From Euryarchaeota archaeon UBA169 (GTDB lineage Archaea; Thermoplasmatota; Poseidoniia; MGIII; CG-Epi1), in NCBI GenBank assembly GCA_002497685.1, contig DAEH01000021.1, forward strand, positions 1 through 24,803: a DNA stretch of 24,803 nucleotides. Reading direction: 5' to 3'. Positions 19,325-24,803 of this stretch are shown here, piece after piece (position 1 is the first letter of the stretch; each line of letters begins with the position of its first letter). Both the position numbers and the translations under genes were made by a program. The notes beneath the pieces are model-generated. The model was not told where the DNA came from. It made no database searches and saw nothing but the letters and a program-made list of their open reading frames with translations.

Positions 19325-20541
19325 TCTTCAATAATGCCGTACCCTATAAGGTGCCATTTTCCGTCAGATCTTCGGCTTAGTGCGATTCTCTGGCCAACTG
19401 GCGCACATACAGGTATTGTTAATTTCATGTCAACTATATTATCTTTTACTGTAACTGGAATTCCAACTGTAGTTCTTGTCCCAACTGTAATCATTAGAGG
19501 TTCTTTTGTCTTTAATTCATCCATGTCTTTAACATTTTTAGTCCCTACTACTCTTTCAAGTAAAGTAGTATTCACATTAAATCGTTCCCAGACTGGCGGT
19601 AAAGTTCCGGGTTTACCAATGACATTCCCTAATAATGAATCAGATTTTGTTAAAGATGGGTCGAGACTAGTTCCAATAGCCACTAGACCACCGGGTTTGA
19701 TTTCTTTTCTGGATGTTCCACTATGAAGTGTTGTAACTGTTGTGTTAATTGGTTCTAAACCTTTTTTAGTATTTTTCCCAGGTCGGATTTCAATATCATC
19801 GCCAATATTAATTTTACCTTTTTTGATAGTTCCTCCCAGGATTCCACCTTTTATATTTTTAGGGATAGTGCCAGGTTTGTTTATGTCAAAAGAACGAGCT
19901 ATGTCCATCTGAAAATTATCCTTTGTATCTTTGTTTGGAGTTGGAAATAGATTTTCTATAACTTCAATTAGTAAATCAATATTTTTGTTATGGTGTGCAG
20001 AGACAGGAACAATAGGTGCTTCTTCTAACAATGATCCTTTTAAAAATTCTTTTATTTCATTATAAGATTCTAAAGATCTTTCTTTAGAGCAAATATCAAT
20101 TTTACTCTGAACAACTATAAATTTTTCAAATCCCATTATTTCTAAGGCAGACAAATGTTCACGAGTTTGTGGTTGAGGACATTTTTCATTTGCAGCTATA
20201 ATTAATATTGCAGCATCCATAATTGCAGCTCCGCTGAGCATCACAGCCATTAATGTTTCATGACCTGGAGCGTCCACAAAACTTACAGTTCTTAATCGCT
20301 CATTTTTACTATTTTTATAGTTCTTAAGATTTGGTTCTGAAGTATAAATTACATTCTTTTTATCGGTTACTTTGTAAAACTCAGCATCTGCATATCCTAG
20401 CTTGATGGAGATTCCTCTTTTTAATTCTTCACTGTGTTGGTCAGTCCATTTCCCTGTAAGGGCCTGTGTAAGTGTTGTTTTTCCGTGGTCTACGTGCCCT
20501 ACCATTCCGATATTAATCTCGGACTGGGGGGCTGAACTCAA
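19321..20541 (-). CDS. eif2g: Translation initiation factor 2 gamma subunit
   Basis: GHVDHGKTT, EELKRGISIKLGY, DAPGHE, PQPQTREH, ARSFDINKPG, WHLIGYG; TTG start with GAGGAGG SD inside the rps6e 3' end. Confidence 0.97.
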   Translation of the reverse strand: MSSAPQSEINIGMVGHVDHGKTTLTQALTGKWTDQHSEELKRGISIKLGYADAEFYKVTDKKNVIYTSEPNLKNYKNSKNERLRTVSFVDAPGHETLMAVMLSGAAIMDAAILIIAANEKCPQPQTREHLSALEIMGFEKFIVVQSKIDICSKERSLESYNEIKEFLKGSLLEEAPIVPVSAHHNKNIDLLIEVIENLFPTPNKDTKDNFQMDIARSFDINKPGTIPKNIKGGILGGTIKKGKINIGDDIEIRPGKNTKKGLEPINTTVTTLHSGTSRKEIKPGGLVAIGTSLDPSLTKSDSLLGNVIGKPGTLPPVWERFNVNTTLLERVVGTKNVKDMDELKTKEPLMITVGTRTTVGIPVTVKDNIVDMKLTIPVCAPVGQRIALSRRSDGKWHLIGYGIIEE

Positions 20542-20542
20542 T

Positions 20543-20932
20543 TTAAGCCTCCTCAGGCTGTAATAACTCCTCTATTGATTTAGGTCCATATTCTATAACT
20601 TTAAGGTTAATTTGTGATACTTCACTGTTCAAACTTCTTCCTCTAATTAATTTTCTTCGTCTTTGACCATGTTTCGCAGGATGGAATCCTACAGATTCTC
20701 TTAACAATATTTTTCTTCGTTGGTTACCATCTATATCTCCTCTTAGTGGAACTCCGGAATTATCAGAGCCTCCTGTAATTTTAAGACGGTATCCTGGTAG
20801 GTCTAAGAAAATTCCATCAATTTCTTCTCCTACAGATTTACCTACAAGCGCATTAGACTTGTCTTCTGCGAGAACTTTTTGATAAGCTTTCTTTTCTTTC
20901 GGGTCGGCTATAACGGTTTTGAATTCTGCCAT
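20543..20932 (-). CDS. rps6e: 30S ribosomal protein S6e
   Basis: FK.VIADP, L.GK..GEEIDG, LKITGGSD.SG.P.R, G.RRRK..RG, QINLKV; SD GAGGAG at 20937-20942. Confidence 0.96.
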   Translation of the reverse strand: MAEFKTVIADPKEKKAYQKVLAEDKSNALVGKSVGEEIDGIFLDLPGYRLKITGGSDNSGVPLRGDIDGNQRRKILLRESVGFHPAKHGQRRRKLIRGRSLNSEVSQINLKVIEYGPKSIEELLQPEEA

Positions 20933-21023
20933 TTAACTCCTCAGTTAGATTAACGCACAAATGCTAATATTTAAAGAATCGTCTGAAAGTAACATTAATA
21001 TACTGAGCAATTACATAACCTCT
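20933..21023. promoter_or_regulatory. Divergent rps6e / DUF373 promoter region
   Basis: Minus strand: TTTAAATA (20968-20975) and SD GAGGAG. Plus strand: TTAATATA (20995-21002), about 22 nt before ATG 21024. Confidence 0.55.
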
Positions 21024-22124
21024 ATGAGTTTACTTGTTATTGCCATTGATAGGGACAATGATTTAGGTAGAAAGACAGGTATTCGTAGCCCCGTAATTGG
21101 CCGTGATGCGAACATAAGAGCCAGTTTAGAGTTAGGACTTTCAGACCCTGAAGAGAGTGACACTAATACTATGCTTGCAGCAATAAAAACTTATGATCAA
21201 CTTCTAGAGAAGGGGAAAAAAGTAGAAGTAGTTACAATTTGTGGAGATGTACGAGTGGGAACTAAATCTGACATGAAAATAGCAAATACATTAGATCAAG
21301 TAATTTTAAAAACTGGAGCTAAAAGAGCTATACTTGTCAGCGATGGTGCTGAAGACAGGGAACTCGAGCCAATAATACGTTCAAGATTAAGAATTGATTC
21401 AACCAGAATGGTGGTTGTTCAGCAGTCCAGACCTATTGAAGATACATTATACACAATAATTCATAAAATGGAAGATCCTAAAATCCAGAGGCAATTTATT
21501 CTTCCTATGGCCTTAATTGCTCTGGCTTGGGGTTTAGCGAGTCTATTAGGTTCATCTGAAATTGCATCTGGTGCAATTTGGGTAATACTTGGAGGCTATT
21601 TGCTTGTTAAAGTAGCAGGCTGGGAAGAAGCTATCAAAAAGTTCTACACTGATTTGTTAACAGTTACCAGTGAGAGGGTACCTCTGTATTCTTACGCTTG
21701 GCTTATTGCCGCCTTAATGATGATTGTAGGTCTGACGAGAGGTCTTGACCAGATGCAAGAAGCTGCAAATGTCGGAGGAGGAATTTTGGGAATGGTACTT
21801 GCATTTTTATCATTAGATGGAGTTCTGTCTTTGTTTCTATTTGCTTTGGTTATTATCGAAGTTGCGAGAACAATTGATACTTATTTGCGAGATGGTGTTT
21901 TTAATATTAACATAGTTAGATTCATTTTCACGGTTGCCAGTATGGGCTTAATTTTTGCAGGTATTATTGAGATTGTGGACGATATTTTTGTTAAAGATAA
22001 TTTCAATTCAGAGAATGTAACCTATATTCTTAGTGGTCTGATTCTGCAATTTATAGGCTTGTTGGTACATGACAGTATACGTGGTAGAGTTGATGAGAAT
22101 TTGTCAGTTACTGAAGATACTTAA
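21024..22124 (+). CDS. DUF373-family membrane protein (start likely 21024, not 20961)
   Basis: LVIAIDRDNDLGRK.G..SPVIGR, L..PE.SD.N, VSDGAED, V.Q motifs followed by several TM helices; the family N-terminus begins at Met22 of the ORF-track protein. Confidence 0.88.
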   Translation: MSLLVIAIDRDNDLGRKTGIRSPVIGRDANIRASLELGLSDPEESDTNTMLAAIKTYDQLLEKGKKVEVVTICGDVRVGTKSDMKIANTLDQVILKTGAKRAILVSDGAEDRELEPIIRSRLRIDSTRMVVVQQSRPIEDTLYTIIHKMEDPKIQRQFILPMALIALAWGLASLLGSSEIASGAIWVILGGYLLVKVAGWEEAIKKFYTDLLTVTSERVPLYSYAWLIAALMMIVGLTRGLDQMQEAANVGGGILGMVLAFLSLDGVLSLFLFALVIIEVARTIDTYLRDGVFNINIVRFIFTVASMGLIFAGIIEIVDDIFVKDNFNSENVTYILSGLILQFIGLLVHDSIRGRVDENLSVTEDT

Positions 22125-22640
22125 ATGTCATATTGTGAAATATTGAGGTTAGGCCATAGGCCAGAAAGAGACAAGAGAATAACCACACATGTAGCTTTGA
22201 CTGCTAGAGCTTTTGGAGCCTCTAAAATTTATGTTTCTAGCCCAGATAGCAGAGTTGTGAAATCAGTTGAAGATGTAGTATCAAAGTTTGGAGGTAATTT
22301 TTCAATTGTTTCTACTTCTAATCCGAAAAAAATACTCCAATCTTCCAATTTACTTAAGATTCATTTAACTATGTTTGGTTTAGGCATGGATGAAAGGCTA
22401 GACGAAATTCAAAAAGGGGATAAAGATGTGTTGTTTATTGTTGGAGCTGAAAAAGTACCACCATGGGTTTTTGAGTTATCTGATCATAATATATCAATTG
22501 GAAATCAACCACATTCGGAAGTAGCTGCACTCGCTATTGCAATGAATAATTTGTATCCGCAATGTTATAATACAGAATTCTCAGGTAAGCTTTCCGTTAT
22601 TCCTTCTGCAACACATAGAGAAATGAAAGGTTCGATCTAG
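22125..22640 (+). CDS. trm56: tRNA (cytidine-56-2'-O)-methyltransferase, SPOUT class
   Basis: LRLGHRPERDKRITTHVALTARAFGA, HLTMFG, VGAEKVP, NISIGNQPHSEVAALA. Confidence 0.95.
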   Translation: MSYCEILRLGHRPERDKRITTHVALTARAFGASKIYVSSPDSRVVKSVEDVVSKFGGNFSIVSTSNPKKILQSSNLLKIHLTMFGLGMDERLDEIQKGDKDVLFIVGAEKVPPWVFELSDHNISIGNQPHSEVAALAIAMNNLYPQCYNTEFSGKLSVIPSATHREMKGSI

Positions 22641-23035
22641 GCTGGGTTTTCATTATCTCGGGACATCTTTATAGTTATAAATGACATTTTAATTTTACCT
22701 TTCTTGTCTTTACGTAGAACTTCTTCAGTACCTATATCAACATCGATAACTTTGGCTTTTATCTCTTTACCAAAACGGTTTTTAAATTGTTCAGCTACAT
22801 TAACAGCATTTGAGATAGATTTACCTCTTGCTTTTAGATGAACACTCTCTATTTCATCTCTACTGAAATAGGACATCATATCTGGAAAATAAAGGAACGG
22901 GTCTTCATAGCCTATGAATATTATACCTGTGTTCCCATCTAACTTCTTATTTATTCGGAATCTTCTTTGTGGCTTAGATTTAGTCTTTTTATCTTTGGAG
23001 TTTTTATGTTTATTTTTATCCTTTTTTTCAGCCAT
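22637..23035 (-). CDS. Alba-family nucleic-acid-binding protein with basic N-terminal extension
   Basis: Core LKARGKSISNAVNVAEQFKNRF and .IGTEE... match Alba (KARG.AIS.AVD..E..RNRF); TATA-like AATATATAG about 25 nt upstream on the minus strand. Confidence 0.85.
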   Translation of the reverse strand: MAEKKDKNKHKNSKDKKTKSKPQRRFRINKKLDGNTGIIFIGYEDPFLYFPDMMSYFSRDEIESVHLKARGKSISNAVNVAEQFKNRFGKEIKAKVIDVDIGTEEVLRKDKKGKIKMSFITIKMSRDNENPA

Positions 23036-23064
23036 AAAATATTATTTGATGTATCTATATATTG

Positions 23065-24501
23065 CTAATCAAAGCTTTCGTTTAACCATTTCGAGTCTAT
23101 TCTTTTGTAGAACGTTAAACTCAATAAAGATAATATCCCACAAATTACCGATAGAGCTACAAGAATAGTTGATGGCCTGTGGTTGATTGCCAAACTTAGA
23201 ATAGTCATTGCAATCATTGGAGGGACTGAAATCAGAAAAAATTTGATAAAGACAAAAGCATCAAAAAGTGCAGAATTAGTTTTAAGTCCGGTTGACATTG
23301 CAGTGTAATTTACGATGTATATTCCGACAGTTATCATAACTATTAAACCAATGGGCAGTAAACTTAATTCATCACTCATATACGAAATGATAGCCATAAA
23401 AACAAGTGGAATCCACCATGTTATTGTGCCAAAAAGAAATAACCTTGCGCGTATTACATCAGAAACTTGGATAGGTAATGTGGCATAAAAATGAGGCGTG
23501 TCTATCGAATTTAGCCAAGAATAGAGCATTGTTCCAAAGAAACCTATCATTACTCCATAAAATATAGTATTGAAGTCAATTTGTATTGGCAATCCCTTAT
23601 CCAGAAACCAGTTCATGAATGTGAGGAAGCCCAATGGGAATAGGAAAGAGAAAAACATCTTTGTTCCAGTTTTGCTTCTTTCTAAATCAATTCTTTCTTT
23701 GGCAATTATTCCAGGTACTCCTACTACCTTTGCCCATGAATATTTCTGGCAGTATTCTTCAAATCTATTCTTGTATCCTATAATATTTATACTGCTAGTA
23801 GAATTGTGTTCCTTGATATTGATAGTAGCAATAAACGACAAAATTAGAGGGATTGCAAATCCGCTAATTAGCCATTTGATTTCACGTTCGAGATACCATT
23901 CTAGGCCTCCAGTTATTTCACTTCCACGAAATAGCAATGAGTAAAGGCAGACAAAGACTATAGCTGAGATAACAGTTTGAGTCATTGAAGTACGGTAGAA
24001 ACTGGAGATATAGTAAGAAAATGAGATTCCCATACAAAATGAGATGTAAAGAGTGAAGCTAAATGTTAGCATATTTATGATGTTAATATTAGTAAAATAA
24101 CTTCCTATTATGGCTCCAAGAAGTGCAGGTATCATTGTAAATAAAGTATAGAATATTATTTCTTTACTGAAGTATAGAAAGGTAATTTTCCTTTGTGTAA
24201 TTGGTTGTGTTGAAGAGAGACCTAGTATTAATCCAAAATATCCGAAGATTCTCTCAAGAAATTCATTACCAAAAAAAGCCAGGGATCCGGCAAAGAGGCC
24301 ATAGAATATTGCAGTAATGTGCAAAATCTCTAAGTAATCTCTATATCCCATATCATTTATCATGACTTCTGTGAATATTACAGCTAGCAGGCCTGTAATG
24401 AGAACCAGTAATGGAAATGAATAGAATCCTTTTCCACTTGCAAAACTAGTATTTAATCTAATTTCTTCTTGCAGCATTCGGAAAAGAATCAATCTGTTCA
24501 T
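23065..24501 (-). CDS. Polytopic membrane protein, probable ABC exporter permease
   Basis: 478 aa with many TM segments in two halves; ATGA overlap with the upstream ABC ATPase. Confidence 0.75.
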   Translation of the reverse strand: MNRLILFRMLQEEIRLNTSFASGKGFYSFPLLVLITGLLAVIFTEVMINDMGYRDYLEILHITAIFYGLFAGSLAFFGNEFLERIFGYFGLILGLSSTQPITQRKITFLYFSKEIIFYTLFTMIPALLGAIIGSYFTNINIINMLTFSFTLYISFCMGISFSYYISSFYRTSMTQTVISAIVFVCLYSLLFRGSEITGGLEWYLEREIKWLISGFAIPLILSFIATINIKEHNSTSSINIIGYKNRFEEYCQKYSWAKVVGVPGIIAKERIDLERSKTGTKMFFSFLFPLGFLTFMNWFLDKGLPIQIDFNTIFYGVMIGFFGTMLYSWLNSIDTPHFYATLPIQVSDVIRARLFLFGTITWWIPLVFMAIISYMSDELSLLPIGLIVMITVGIYIVNYTAMSTGLKTNSALFDAFVFIKFFLISVPPMIAMTILSLAINHRPSTILVALSVICGILSLLSLTFYKRIDSKWLNESFD

Positions 24502-24803
24502 TTAACAATCTCATGAAACAGTTCTTCAAGGGTAAGATTCTGTTTATGCAAATCTTCTAGTTTAATTAATGACTGTATCTTCCCTTCATGAATAATTGCA
24601 GCCCTGTTACAGAGCCTCTCAGCATTTTCAAGTAAATGTGTATTTATAAACACAGTTCCCCCATCTTTAACATATTCTCTTAACCATTCTCTAACTTTGG
24701 ATTGTACTAAAGGATCAAGATTTATGAATGGTTCATCTAAGAACATTAGTTTAGTTTTAGATATAAAAGCTGAAGCTAGCATCACTTTCTGTTTTTGTCC
24801 TCT
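24498..24803 (-). CDS. ABC transporter ATP-binding protein, C-terminal part (5' truncated by window)
   Basis: Frame is open to the window edge: RGQKQKV (signature), LMFLDEPFINLDP (Walker B/D-loop), INTH (H-switch). Confidence 0.93.
   Translation of the reverse strand, partial: RGQKQKVMLASAFISKTKLMFLDEPFINLDPLVQSKVREWLREYVKDGGTVFINTHLLENAERLCNRAAIIHEGKIQSLIKLEDLHKQNLTLEELFHEIVK

Overview
AT-rich, very gene-dense archaeal chromosome segment. The gene set (archaeal TyrRS/ArgRS, PAC2, aCPSF1/FttA-psmB, PCNA, thermosome, rps6e-aIF2gamma-PIN, DUF373, aTrm56, Alba) identifies an archaeon. The gene order, low GC and bacterial-type heterotrophic genes suggest a streamlined marine Thermoplasmatota (MG-II/MG-III-like); this is inference. 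I support about 29 CDS (two cut by the window edges), one tRNA-Cys(GCA) gene and several TATA/SD elements. I see no CRISPR array, transposase, integrase or long repeat, so this is core genome, and no multi-gene novel system is evident. The oddities most worth checking: (1) a well-formed tRNA-Cys with A73 instead of the near-universal U73; (2) an Alba with a 31-aa Lys/Arg-rich N-terminal tail that has lost the canonical GKKP lysines; (3) a bacterial SpeY-type deoxyhypusine-synthase homologue and a lone homodimeric AceE appended to the rps6e-aIF2gamma operon; (4) a plant/bacterial-type OTC fused transcriptionally to PCNA; (5) a very acidic orphan translationally coupled to PAC2; (6) an orphan with an 11-mer amphipathic repeat; (7) a 14-bp palindrome with tandem start-stop codons at the argS start. 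Family assignments come from motif recognition and recalled consensus sequences, not from database searches.
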